Part shown: positions 51,516-60,845 of the stretch, piece by piece | Layout of the letters: the number at the start of each line of letters is the position of its first letter | Position numbering within the stretch: position 1 is the first letter of the stretch | Sequence record: NC_048048.2 | DNA: 64,000 nt | Direction: 5' to 3' (one strand) | Position numbers and translations under genes: made by a program | The notes under the pieces: generated by a model | Told to the model about the DNA's origin: nothing | Database searches by the model: none | Seen by the model: the letters and a program-made list of their open reading frames with translations, nothing else

Positions 51516-52403
51516 ATGATCATCGACCGTATGCAGAAGGACGGGATCATCTTCCCGCCCAAATGGCTGCCGGCCAATACCCACTACCTGACGATGATGG
51601 GCTCGATTGCCTATGCCGTCAGCGGTGACACGAGCGACTGTGATGTCGCCGGCTTCGCCATCCCGTCCAAGGAAGTGATCTTCCCGCATTTGGCCGGCCA
51701 CATCCCCGGCTTTGGCAAGCAGCCCGAGGCGTTCAACGTCTGGACCGAGCACCACAAGATCGATCCGCGCACCAGCAAAGAATACGACTTCACGGTCTAC
51801 TCGATCGTCAAGTTCTTCCAGCTTTGCCTGGAGAACAACCCCAACATGATCGACACCCTGTTCACGCCGCGCCGCTGCGTGCTGCATGCGTCGAACATCG
51901 GCAACTATGTCCTGGAAAACCGGAAGTTGTTCCTCCACAAGGGCAGCTACCACAAGTTCCGGGGCTACGCCTACGCGCAACTGGCCAAGATCAGGTCCAA
52001 GCAGACCTCCGACAACCCCAAGCGCCAGGAGTCGATCGACAAGTACGGCTACGACGTCAAGCACGCCTACCACGTCGTGCGGCTGGCGCTGGAGGCTGAG
52101 CAAATCCTGATCGAGGGCGACCTGGACCTGGAACGCAACGCCGCCATCCTCAAGGACATCCGCGCCGGCCAGTGGAAGCTGGATCACCTGGAGCGCTGGT
52201 TCCAGGACAAGGAAAAGGCCCTGGAGGTCCTGCACGGTCAGTCGACCCTGCCGCACAAGGCCGACGAGGCCCAGATCAAGGCCGTGCTGATGCACGCCCT
52301 GGAGATGCACTATGGCTCGATCTCCAAGGCCATCGTGCGCGAGACCGATCTGGGCCGGGTCCTGGGCGAAATGAAGGCGGTCATCGACCGATATGCCGCG
52401 TGA
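51516..52403 (+). CDS. Pol-beta superfamily nucleotidyltransferase (RlaP/YcgL-like)
   Basis: GSIAYAVSGDTSDCDVAG, NPNMID.LF, YDVKHAYHVVRL. Confidence 0.8.
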   Translation: MIIDRMQKDGIIFPPKWLPANTHYLTMMGSIAYAVSGDTSDCDVAGFAIPSKEVIFPHLAGHIPGFGKQPEAFNVWTEHHKIDPRTSKEYDFTVYSIVKFFQLCLENNPNMIDTLFTPRRCVLHASNIGNYVLENRKLFLHKGSYHKFRGYAYAQLAKIRSKQTSDNPKRQESIDKYGYDVKHAYHVVRLALEAEQILIEGDLDLERNAAILKDIRAGQWKLDHLERWFQDKEKALEVLHGQSTLPHKADEAQIKAVLMHALEMHYGSISKAIVRETDLGRVLGEMKAVIDRYAA

Positions 52404-52987
52404 GCGCGCTGCCGGCGGCCAAGAAGGACATCGTCGACTGGGTCCAGGCGCAAATCCCCGCCTGGATGCCGCCGGCGGTGGCCGCCAAGTTCGGCGATGA
52501 TCCCGAAGACGGGCCGGTGGAGGACTTCACCAGCCCCTATTCGCTCAAAGCCCTGCTGGCCGACGCCCTGCCGTTCGGCGCGGTGATCGAGGAGGACTTC
52601 TACTATCGGATCGGGTTCGTCCACGGCGCCCTGGCGCACGGGGCGGGCCGGTTTGACTGGCCTGCTGCCTACGCCGATCTGAAGAAGATCATGCGTCTGC
52701 GGCGCGGAGAGGAGCCGGTCCAGGCGCCCCAGCCGGTCACCAAGCCCTACCGTCACCCCGATTGGTACGATGGCCCGTGTGAGCATCCGGCCAAGGACCG
52801 CATCCACGGCGGCTACAATGGCGAGGTCCTGCGCCGCTATCCGCTGCGCTACGGCAGCGCCGAGGTCGAGGCCTGCGGCGCGTGCCACGCCTACCGGCTC
52901 AACGTCCACGACCCCAAGACGTGGTGGAAGGGTCCCTACGCCCTCGCCTACGCCAAGGCCATGCGCGAGATGGAGGAAGAGTGCTGA
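52400..52987 (+). CDS. Hypothetical protein
   Basis: GTGA overlap. Confidence 0.7.
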   Translation: MSALPAAKKDIVDWVQAQIPAWMPPAVAAKFGDDPEDGPVEDFTSPYSLKALLADALPFGAVIEEDFYYRIGFVHGALAHGAGRFDWPAAYADLKKIMRLRRGEEPVQAPQPVTKPYRHPDWYDGPCEHPAKDRIHGGYNGEVLRRYPLRYGSAEVEACGACHAYRLNVHDPKTWWKGPYALAYAKAMREMEEEC

Positions 52988-53175
52988 TGACCCAGTCCGA
53001 CAAGCTGCGAGACCTGCTCGCCATCGCCGAGCGCGCCTTGCAGGAAATCTACCACGGCGACAAGGGGCCGCTGCTCCTGGCCAACCACCACGCCGCACGC
53101 TGCTACCGCCGGGCGCTCGCTGAAGACGCCCTCAAGGATTTGGCGCGCACACGCACTTCCCATCAGGACCTTTGA
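52987..53175 (+). CDS. Small hypothetical protein
   Basis: TGATG overlap. Confidence 0.65.
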   Translation: MTQSDKLRDLLAIAERALQEIYHGDKGPLLLANHHAARCYRRALAEDALKDLARTRTSHQDL

Positions 53176-53178
53176 CCC

Positions 53179-53598
53179 ATGCCAATGATCATCTTCGACA
53201 CCTTGCATCATGCGCCGGAATCGTTGCGTTCTTTCCTGCGCCCAGAGCAGACGCCCAACGCCGACGGCCGCTACGTCTTCGAGTTCGTAAGCTATTCGGA
53301 TCACACCGATCTGGCCCAGCGTCTGCGCGCCCAGATCGACACGGCTGAGACCACCATTTCCGACCTGCGCGAGTCGATCACCAACCTGGAACACGCCGTC
53401 CAGGACGAAGAGGCGGTGACCGAAATCTATAAGAGCGTCGCCCACCAGAACGCCGACGCCGTGGGCGACCTCAAGCGCTTCATCCTTCAGGGCCTGGGCT
53501 ACGACCCCGCGCCGCTGCGCGACATCATCCGCCACCTCGACAACGTCGCCGGCCTACTGGGTCCGGGCGACGAACCCACCAGCACCATTCTCAACTAG
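53179..53598 (+). CDS. Scaffold-N-terminus paralogue with coiled coil
   Basis: MPMIIFDTLHHAPESLRSF aligns with the 54629 N-terminus. Confidence 0.75.
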   Translation: MPMIIFDTLHHAPESLRSFLRPEQTPNADGRYVFEFVSYSDHTDLAQRLRAQIDTAETTISDLRESITNLEHAVQDEEAVTEIYKSVAHQNADAVGDLKRFILQGLGYDPAPLRDIIRHLDNVAGLLGPGDEPTSTILN

Positions 53599-53606
53599 GT
53601 CCCCAA

Positions 53607-54212
53607 ATGCCCATCCTCAACTTCACCAACTTCGATCAAATCCCCGAAACCCTGCGCGCCTTCGCCAAGGTCTCCACGACCACCTCGGGCTACGAGGTCG
53701 ACGTCGCGCCCACCCTGGTGCTGAACGAGTACCTCAACAGCAACGCTGAGTTGATCAAGGAGCGTGACGATGCCCAGGCCAGGGCCACACGCGTCCTCGA
53801 AGAAGAACTGGCCCGGCGCACCCAGGAGATGTTCGACGCCTTCACGGCCCAGATCGCCGACCGCGACGCCGTCATCGAAGCGTTGCGCGAGCAGGTCGAC
53901 CTCAACATGGCGCTGGCCGAGAACAAGCAGCAGCAGATCAACACCTTGGCCCAGACGGCGGACGAGGACGGCCGCCTCATCGACGCCCTGGTCGCCCAAC
54001 TCGAACAGGCCAAGGCTGCCGACATCGGGCATCTGACCGCCGAACGCGACGCCTACCGTCACTCGTGCCAGGAATGGCTGGAGATCGCCGATGACGCCGC
54101 GCGTGAGGTCGATCTGCTCTCGCAGTACATCCTGAGCAAGACCACCTTCGAGGCGGTCGCCGACGAGCACGCGGCCCTGGGCCAGATCGTCGATCTCCTG
54201 GCGATCCAGTAA
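53607..54212 (+). CDS. Scaffold-N-terminus paralogue with coiled coil
   Basis: MPILNFTNFDQIPETLRAFAK...GYEVDV aligns with the 54629 N-terminus. Confidence 0.8.
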   Translation: MPILNFTNFDQIPETLRAFAKVSTTTSGYEVDVAPTLVLNEYLNSNAELIKERDDAQARATRVLEEELARRTQEMFDAFTAQIADRDAVIEALREQVDLNMALAENKQQQINTLAQTADEDGRLIDALVAQLEQAKAADIGHLTAERDAYRHSCQEWLEIADDAAREVDLLSQYILSKTTFEAVADEHAALGQIVDLLAIQ

Positions 54213-54235
54213 ACCTCCAGCCAATTCAAACAATT

Positions 54236-54275
54236 AGGCCCGCCACGAGGACATCGTGGCGGGCCTTTTGCTTTT
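54236..54275 (+). terminator. Intrinsic terminator
   Basis: 13 bp stem AGGCCCGCCACGA/TCGTGGCGGGCCT plus TTTGCTTTT. Confidence 0.9.
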
Positions 54276-54426
54276 CGTCATCGACCTGGGCAGGTCATCG
54301 GCGGCGGACCCACGAGGAGACACCCAAGTCGGTCCGCCGCCGGGGCGCTTCGGTCGGTGGGGGCACCGCGCGCGCCTTCATCAACAGTGCCTAAGAAGAT
54401 TGTCGCCGTCAACCCAGAGAAAGTGC

Positions 54427-54490
54427 TTGACAAAGGACGCAATTGGCGCCGTGACGCATTTCTTGACATTAGGAATATTTTCCTATACGT
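54427..54490 (+). promoter_or_regulatory. Promoter(s) of the head operon
   Basis: TTGACA at 54427 and GCATTTC-TTGACA at 54463, followed by the TAGGAA-TATT-TTCCTA dyad. Confidence 0.6.
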
Positions 54491-54628
54491 TGCGCCTCAA
54501 TCCCGACAAAAGCGGCGGTGGCGCCCCACGCCACGGCCAACCAGTGTGTCTTAGCTCGACTGCACGAGACGGGTCGTCACGCGCGCTCCCCAGGGTGGGG
54601 CTGCCAAACCGAGAAAGTCTGAATTTAC

Positions 54629-55447
54629 ATGCCCATCATTACCTTCGAGGACCTGAACGCGGTCCCGGAAGCCCTTCGTACCTACGCCAAGACCGAGGAA
54701 GCGACCGGTAAGGTTACCGTCAACGTCGTTCCCGAGGTCAAGCTGTCCGAGTTCCGTGACAAGAACATCGAACTGACCAAGTCGAACGAAGACCTGAACG
54801 CCAAGGTGACCCTGCTCTCCGGCATCGTCGGCGAGGACCCGGAAGCCTTCAAGGCCGATATCGCAGACATGCGCGCCGTGCGGCAGCGCGTCTCGGACGG
54901 CGAACTGCGCGAAGGTCGCCAGATCGAAGAAGCCATCGCCAAGCGCACCGAGGAAATGCGCAAGGGCTACACGGACCAACTGACGGCCGAGAGCCGTGAG
55001 AAGGCCCTGTGGAAGCAGAAGTGGGAACAAGAGAACCTGAAGTACAAGGAGCAGATCGTCGTCGGCGCGATCAAGGATGCGTGTATGGACCCGGCCCTGG
55101 GCGTGATTCCCTCGGCCATCGGCGACATCACGCAGCGCGCCAAGTCGGTCTTCCGCGTCTCGGACGACGGCCGTCTGACGGCCTACAACGGTGAAGCCGT
55201 GATCTACGGCGGTGACGGCACCTCGTCGATCACCCCCAAGGATTGGGTCGGCAAGCTGAAGGACGAGGCCGACTACTTCTTCAAGGGCAGCCACGGTGGT
55301 GGCGCCGGCGGTGAAGGTGGTCGTGGGTCGTCGACCGACAAGAAGGTCGCCGGCAAGTATTCGCCCGAACAGTGGGCCAAGATGGACGCTCGCGCCCGTC
55401 TGGCCGCCGCCAACGGTCAAGACCCCAACGCGGCGCTGGGTTTCTAA
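54629..55447 (+). CDS. Putative capsid scaffolding/assembly protein
   Basis: Directly upstream of the MCP; coiled coil, DYFFKGSHGGGAGG motif and C-terminal helix typical of scaffolds. Confidence 0.7.
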   Translation: MPIITFEDLNAVPEALRTYAKTEEATGKVTVNVVPEVKLSEFRDKNIELTKSNEDLNAKVTLLSGIVGEDPEAFKADIADMRAVRQRVSDGELREGRQIEEAIAKRTEEMRKGYTDQLTAESREKALWKQKWEQENLKYKEQIVVGAIKDACMDPALGVIPSAIGDITQRAKSVFRVSDDGRLTAYNGEAVIYGGDGTSSITPKDWVGKLKDEADYFFKGSHGGGAGGEGGRGSSTDKKVAGKYSPEQWAKMDARARLAAANGQDPNAALGF

Positions 55448-55649
55448 GCGCCCAACCGGCTTGCAGGCCCGCGCGGTGATCCGCTGCGGGCCTCGCCACC
55501 CAAGAGTTTCGCAAGCGGTCCTCTCGACCTCAGGTCGGTGGGCTGATGGCGCAAAAGCATACCCTCGGTGTCGCTGACGGCCGAGGGGCGATCCGAGGCG
55601 GGGGCCGTCTCTCAACTGTCAGTATTTTTCACCTAGAGGAGCTAGCCCC

Positions 55650-56585
55650 ATGGCTGCTTTGACCCTTCTGCAAGCCGCCGAAATGGCGAACGGCCGCGAC
55701 GAAGTTAAGCGCGGCGCTATCATCGAACTGTTCGCGGAGCCCGATCTGCTGCGCGTCCTGCCGTTCATGAACGTGACCGGCTCGGCCTACTCGTACATCC
55801 AAGAAGGCCAACTGCCCGGCGTCGCCTTCCGTGGTATCAACGAGTCGTACACCACCACGACCGGCGTCGTGAACCCGCAGACCGAGCGCCTGCGCATCGC
55901 CGGTGGTGACCTGGACGTCGACAAGTCGCTGATCAAGACCCACGGCGCCGACGTGCGTGGCACCCAGGAAGCCATGAAGGTCAAGGCCCTGGCCCTGTAC
56001 CTCGCTGGCAAGATCGTCAACGGCGACAGCGAAGCCGATCCGCGTGAGTTCGACGGCCTGCGCAAGCGCATCGTCGGCGACCAACTGATCCCGGCCGGCG
56101 CCACCGCCGGTGGTGACGCTCTCTCGCTGACGGTGCTGGACACCGCCATCGACCAAGTCGACGGCGCGACCCACATCATCATGTCGAAGAAGATGCGCAA
56201 CCGTCTGAACGCGGCTTCGCGTCAGACCGGCGTCGCGGGCTTCATCACCTGGGACAAGAACGAGTTCGGCACCCGTATCGCGTTCTACAACGACCTGCCG
56301 ATCCTCGTCACCGACTACGATGACAAGAACCAGCAAGTCATCGCCTTCAACGAAGCCTGCCCCGGCGGCGGCGCCACGGTCGGCACCTCGATCTACGTCG
56401 TGAACATCTCGGAAGCCGGCGTTGTCGGTCTCCAGAACGGCGTGATGGACGTCACCGACCTGGGCGAAGTCCAAGACAAGCCGGTGCTCCGCACCCGCGT
56501 CGAGTGGCTGATCTCGCTCGCCGTCCTGAACGGCCGCGCTGCGGCCCGTATCTGGGGCATCAAGGACGCGGCGGTGGTGGCCTAA
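55650..56585 (+). CDS. Major capsid protein
   Basis: 311 aa; LPF.NVTG.AY.Y.QEG.LPGVAFRGINESY, GDSEADPREFDGLRKR; GAGGAG RBS; highly biased codons; resembles the phiCbK MCP from memory. Confidence 0.9.
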   Translation: MAALTLLQAAEMANGRDEVKRGAIIELFAEPDLLRVLPFMNVTGSAYSYIQEGQLPGVAFRGINESYTTTTGVVNPQTERLRIAGGDLDVDKSLIKTHGADVRGTQEAMKVKALALYLAGKIVNGDSEADPREFDGLRKRIVGDQLIPAGATAGGDALSLTVLDTAIDQVDGATHIIMSKKMRNRLNAASRQTGVAGFITWDKNEFGTRIAFYNDLPILVTDYDDKNQQVIAFNEACPGGGATVGTSIYVVNISEAGVVGLQNGVMDVTDLGEVQDKPVLRTRVEWLISLAVLNGRAAARIWGIKDAAVVA

Positions 56586-56615
56586 CGGTCACTACCACCT
56601 CCTCCTTCTAGGACC

Positions 56616-56656
56616 GTGAGGGAGGGCCTTCGGGCTCTCCCGTCACTCTCCTTCTT
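56616..56656 (+). terminator. Hairpin after the MCP gene (UUCG loop; partial terminator or processing site)
   Basis: GGGAGGGCC-TTCG-GGCTCTCCC stem with a pyrimidine tail. Confidence 0.6.
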
Positions 56657-56685
56657 CAACCTCTTTTTCTAGGGAAGCTCCTGAT

Positions 56686-57126
56686 ATGGAATCCGCCGTC
56701 CGTCACCAATACGATGCCTCGCTCGCTCTGCAAGCGATCGGCTCGGCCGCTGTCACCGCCACCGCCGTCGGCACCGGTAAGATCAGCCTGCAACGCCTGA
56801 CCGCCGGTCGCGGCGATCTGGCCAACCGCTACGGCCAAGGCGCCTTCGACGTCGTGGCCTACTTCTCGGCTCTCGACACCACGTCGGGCAACGAGACGTA
56901 CGAACTGCAATTCTGCACCTACGACGCCGCCGGCGCCAACGAGACCGTCGTCGAAAAGGCCACCATCACGGCGGCCCAGGTCGGTGAAGTCCTGGAATTC
57001 AAGTTCCAGCCGATCACCCTCCAGAAGTTCGACGCCGACGCCGCCCAGTTCGGTGTCAAGCTGGTCGTCGCCGGCACCACGCCGTCGGCCACCTACTACG
57101 CCTTCGCCTCGCAGGACACCCACTAA
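56686..57126 (+). CDS. Probable minor capsid/decoration protein
   Basis: Immediately after the MCP, same strong codon bias, Ala/Thr-rich beta protein. Confidence 0.65.
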   Translation: MESAVRHQYDASLALQAIGSAAVTATAVGTGKISLQRLTAGRGDLANRYGQGAFDVVAYFSALDTTSGNETYELQFCTYDAAGANETVVEKATITAAQVGEVLEFKFQPITLQKFDADAAQFGVKLVVAGTTPSATYYAFASQDTH

Positions 57127-57162
57127 CCCTGGGTTTCCTGCCGCAAGGCACTGACTACCAAG

Positions 57163-57192
57163 AAGCCGCTGGCCCCAAACCGGCGGCTTTTT
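57163..57192 (+). terminator. Intrinsic terminator
   Basis: AAGCCGCTGG/CCGGCGGCTT stem plus TTT. Confidence 0.8.
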
Positions 57193-57302
57193 GCTGCCTG
57201 TAATAGTAGAGCTATGTGCCTTTTCGCATAAGTCGATTCTATGCTTGAAGGCGCATAATGTGACGTGAATCATGACCCTTGACAGGATGCGTGACTTGTG
57301 CC

Positions 57303-57335
57303 GCATTTCTTGACACGGCTCGTTAACCATGTCAT
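57303..57335 (+). promoter_or_regulatory. Class II promoter
   Basis: GCATTTC-TTGACAC-N6-GTTAACCATG, same layout as 35284. Confidence 0.7.
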
Positions 57336-57415
57336 CAAGATACCCTCTTCCGCACGCCCGCGAGTGGCGTCGCGTTGGCCGCTTCCAGGCCCACCCCCAC
57401 CACATCGAGAGCCTC

Positions 57416-57826
57416 ATGTCGATCACCCACGTCACCATCTACAATGAAGACGGCGAAGCCGAGACGCACACCCGCCTGAACGCCGTCGATCTCGTCCGCA
57501 ACAACGGCTACACCTACAAGTACGGCAAGACCTATACCCCGGTCGACAGCGCCGCCTACGCCCAGGCCAAGGCTCCGGCCAACACGCCCGAGCCCGCCCA
57601 CGCCGTCCTGGCCTCGGTCGGCAGCGGTTCGGCCATCGGCGCCATGGACCAGCCGGTCACCTTCAACGCTCCGATCGCCGAAACCACCGCCCCGGTCGAA
57701 GAAGTCTTCGACGCCGGTAAGGAAGAAGAAGCCCCGGTCGTGGCCACCGAGAGCAAGCCGGCCCGTCGTGGTCGTCCCTCCAAGGCCCAACTGGAAGCCG
57801 AAGCCGCCGCTGCGGCCGGCGAATAA
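57416..57826 (+). CDS. Hypothetical (probably virion/head-associated) protein
   Basis: Start MSITHV; Ala/Glu/Pro-rich tail ending RRGRPSKA. Confidence 0.75.
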   Translation: MSITHVTIYNEDGEAETHTRLNAVDLVRNNGYTYKYGKTYTPVDSAAYAQAKAPANTPEPAHAVLASVGSGSAIGAMDQPVTFNAPIAETTAPVEEVFDAGKEEEAPVVATESKPARRGRPSKAQLEAEAAAAAGE

Positions 57827-57929
57827 GCCTCACGGCCAGGGCGCGAACAGTACCGCGCCCTGAGCCAGCGTCCAGCTTGAGCCCGCCGATCTGTTCGGCG
57901 GGCTTTGCTGTTTTTCCCCAGGAGCACCC

Positions 57930-58214
57930 ATGGATACGCCCATCACGTTCGGGGCCACCGACAAGCAGACGCTGGTCGAAGGCACGCCCAACACCTTCAC
58001 CGCCGCCAAGCCCTATACCTCCGTGATCATTCACAGTGATCGCAACCTCTATGTCCGCCTGGACGGCGAAGATGCTGCCGACACCGACTTCTATTGGCTC
58101 AAGGACGCCTACCTGACCGTCCGCGCCGAATGGGGCGTGCCGGTCTCGGTTCTGGTCGCCGACGACCAGGACAGCGGCGGCGTGGTCCGCTTCACGGAGG
58201 CGGCGATCGTCTAG
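57930..58214 (+). CDS. Hypothetical virion protein
   Basis: AGGAG RBS. Confidence 0.8.
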   Translation: MDTPITFGATDKQTLVEGTPNTFTAAKPYTSVIIHSDRNLYVRLDGEDAADTDFYWLKDAYLTVRAEWGVPVSVLVADDQDSGGVVRFTEAAIV

Positions 58215-58215
58215 G

Positions 58216-58611
58216 ATGCCGTCTCTCTCCTACCCGGTTCACGCCAAACTCTTCAACTGGATGAAAGGGGCCTCCTTTGGCAGCGCCCCATCCTCCCTGC
58301 GCGTCGCCCTGCTGACCGCCGCCCCGAACCCGGACGGCACCGGCATCGCTGAACCCTCGGGCCTGGGCTATGCGCGTCAGCCCCTGACCTTGAGCGCCAT
58401 CAGCGTCGCCGATGGCATCTCCACGGTCAAGAACGACAACGCCATCATCTTCGGTGCCGCCACCGCCCAGTGGCCGGCGGTGACGCATCTGGGCGTCTTC
58501 GGCAGCGACGGCACGCTGCTGTTCTATGGGCCGCTGGCGGCCTCTCGCGTCTGCACCGCTGGCGATAGCATCGCCTTCGGCATCGGCTCGGTGCAACTGC
58601 GCCTGCGGTGA
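58216..58611 (+). CDS. Virion structural protein (GYARQ...F..AT..W..VTH family), paralogue of 61008
   Basis: Common phage head/tail-fibre-associated beta motif. Confidence 0.75.
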   Translation: MPSLSYPVHAKLFNWMKGASFGSAPSSLRVALLTAAPNPDGTGIAEPSGLGYARQPLTLSAISVADGISTVKNDNAIIFGAATAQWPAVTHLGVFGSDGTLLFYGPLAASRVCTAGDSIAFGIGSVQLRLR

Positions 58612-59090
58612 GCAAGCTTTCGGCTTCCTTCGTCGGCAACGGCGGCGCGATCCCGGACCAGCCCCTGGCCCGGCCCAAGCTGCTGCTCTATGTCGAAACG
58701 GCGCTGTTTTCTGACACCGGTGGCGCATTTCCCGATCCTTCGGGAATCATGGATGGCAGGGCTGAGCTTTTCGCCGACACCTCGGGCTCAATCTGGGAAA
58801 ACGGAGCCTATGGGCTCCAGGCTACCCTGTTCGCCAACGCGGTGGCCAACATGTCGTTCGGCGATGACGTGATCGCCGTCGCCGATGACGCCTCGACCGC
58901 CTGTGACGCGATCGGCGGCGCCATCGACGAGTCCATCGAAGCCATCCTCGACATCCCCAAGCTCCTGGCCATCACCGAAGCCCAGCTTGCCGAACTCGGC
59001 GAAGCCTTCCGCAACGCCGGCCTCGATCCCGAACAACCTGACGATCCCGACGACGTCAACTTCGTCCTCATCTTCAACGCCAATCTGTAG
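58608..59090 (+). CDS. Hypothetical acidic virion protein
   Basis: GTGA overlap; ends NFVLIFNANL, like the NFVSVFNAGL end of the next gene. Confidence 0.7.
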   Translation: MSKLSASFVGNGGAIPDQPLARPKLLLYVETALFSDTGGAFPDPSGIMDGRAELFADTSGSIWENGAYGLQATLFANAVANMSFGDDVIAVADDASTACDAIGGAIDESIEAILDIPKLLAITEAQLAELGEAFRNAGLDPEQPDDPDDVNFVLIFNANL

Positions 59091-59096
59091 AGACCC

Positions 59097-59603
59097 ATGG
59101 CCACACTCGTCACCCGCATTTCCGATCTCGCCACGCGCATTGCCGCCGAGATCAAGTCGCTTCATACCCTGGTCAACGGCAACGCCGCCGACCTGTCGGC
59201 CCTGACCACCACCGACAAGTCCAGCCTCGTCGCCGCCCTGAACGAACTGCGCACCTACGCCGTCTCGGTCATCGACGACACCGCCACCTCCGCCTCGACC
59301 GCCAAGACGTGGTCGGCTTCCAAGATCACTGGCCAGATCAACGCGGCGATCTCGGCCCTGGTCAATTCCTCGCCGACGGCGCTCGACACGCTGAAGGAAC
59401 TGGCCGACGCCCTGGGCAACGACCCCAACTTCGCCGCGTCCATGACCACCGCCCTGGGCAACCGCGTGCGCATCGACGCTGCCCAGACCCTGACTGCGCC
59501 GCAGACCGCCCAGGCGCGCGCCAACATCGACGCGGCGCAGGCCAGCGCCATCGGTGATCCCGACACCAACTTCGTGTCGGTCTTCAACGCCGGCCTGACC
59601 TAA
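59097..59603 (+). CDS. Fibre-like structural protein
   Basis: ALDTLKELADALGNDPNFA motif common in phage fibre proteins; LTTTDKSSLVAALNE. Confidence 0.8.
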   Translation: MATLVTRISDLATRIAAEIKSLHTLVNGNAADLSALTTTDKSSLVAALNELRTYAVSVIDDTATSASTAKTWSASKITGQINAAISALVNSSPTALDTLKELADALGNDPNFAASMTTALGNRVRIDAAQTLTAPQTAQARANIDAAQASAIGDPDTNFVSVFNAGLT

Positions 59604-59608
59604 AGCCC

Positions 59609-60019
59609 ATGACGCTCGCGGCCCGGATCAGCGCCCTCGCCGGCGCCATCCGCGACAAGCTCAACACCATGACCCCGCGACTGCTGCCGGCTGGCGGCGG
59701 CGCAGGGCAGGTGCTGACCAAGACCACGAGCGCCGACTACGCCGCCGCCTGGGCGGGGCTTCCAGCCCCCAAGAGCGCGACGGTGACGGTACCCTGGCCA
59801 CCCCGCTACGAGTGGGAACAGGCCATCAACGACGCCAGTCTCACCGGTTCCGAGGTGATTCAGACGTGGCTCGCGCCCGCCAGCAGTAGCGATGAGAACG
59901 AGCCCGAAATGCTCGATCTCGTCGCACTGACGGCCCAGGCCAGCGCCGGTGTCGTGATCTTCAAGCTCTCCTTCTCCGAACTCACCAGCGGCCCCATCCG
60001 GCTGCACTACAAGGCATAG
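59609..60019 (+). CDS. Structural protein
   Basis: LPAGGGAGQVLTKTTSADY motif of fibre shafts. Confidence 0.75.
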   Translation: MTLAARISALAGAIRDKLNTMTPRLLPAGGGAGQVLTKTTSADYAAAWAGLPAPKSATVTVPWPPRYEWEQAINDASLTGSEVIQTWLAPASSSDENEPEMLDLVALTAQASAGVVIFKLSFSELTSGPIRLHYKA

Positions 60020-60020
60020 A

Positions 60021-60758
60021 ATGGCTCGCCTTTCAAAGGATCAAAGCAGCGGAACCCTGCACCCGCGCGAAAACATCGTCGCCAATGGTACGCTCAGCGC
60101 CGTCAATTCCGAGATCGTCTTGGAAACGCACGGCAATGCCTCGGTCTATGTTGACCTGCGCGGCACCTTCAACCTGACCGTCGAGGTCCAGGGCTCGGTG
60201 GACCTGATCAACTGGGTGCCGATCGCCATGGCGCCGATCGCCGAGAACGCCGGACTGGTCGCCAACATCTCCGGCTCCACGCCCGGCGCCTGGATGGGCA
60301 AGTGCGCCGGCTTCACGCGACTGAAGGCCAAGGTCACCGCCTGGACGAGCGGCGCGGCCACCGCCGTCATGGTCGCCACCCTGGCGCCGTTCGACGCGGG
60401 CGAGCAGACCACGTCGAGCGCGGTCACCGCCACCGGTTCCTCGGGCGCGGCCGTGACCCTGACCCTGCCGACCAGCGCGCCCCTGACCCACCATCTGACC
60501 TACATCACCATCACCCGCTTTGCCGCCACGGCCCTGACGGCGGTAGGCTCCCCGACGGTGGCCACCACCACCAACCTTCCCGGCGCCATGGCCTTCACCC
60601 TGCCGCGCGAAGCCGCCGCCCTGGGATCGGTGTTCACGCTGCACGAGGATTACCCCAGACCGCTGCGGGCCAGCGATGTGGGACCCACGACCATCGTGCT
60701 GCCGGCCACGTCCGGTGTCATCTGGCGCGTCACCGCCGGCTACTATAACGCGCCTTAA
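60021..60758 (+). CDS. Thr/Ala-rich structural protein
   Basis: Operon-packed in the virion module. Confidence 0.75.
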   Translation: MARLSKDQSSGTLHPRENIVANGTLSAVNSEIVLETHGNASVYVDLRGTFNLTVEVQGSVDLINWVPIAMAPIAENAGLVANISGSTPGAWMGKCAGFTRLKAKVTAWTSGAATAVMVATLAPFDAGEQTTSSAVTATGSSGAAVTLTLPTSAPLTHHLTYITITRFAATALTAVGSPTVATTTNLPGAMAFTLPREAAALGSVFTLHEDYPRPLRASDVGPTTIVLPATSGVIWRVTAGYYNAP

Positions 60759-60845
60759 GCGCGATCCATGGCGTTATTCTTGACACGAGTCACAATCTGT
60801 GGCACATGTCAAGATCAATTTCCCCAAAAATTTGGAGAGCGCGCC

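Noticed and set aside
35310-60825. Sigma-54 promoters at TGGCAC (about 35311 and 60810)
   Set aside because: No TTGC -12 element at the required spacing.
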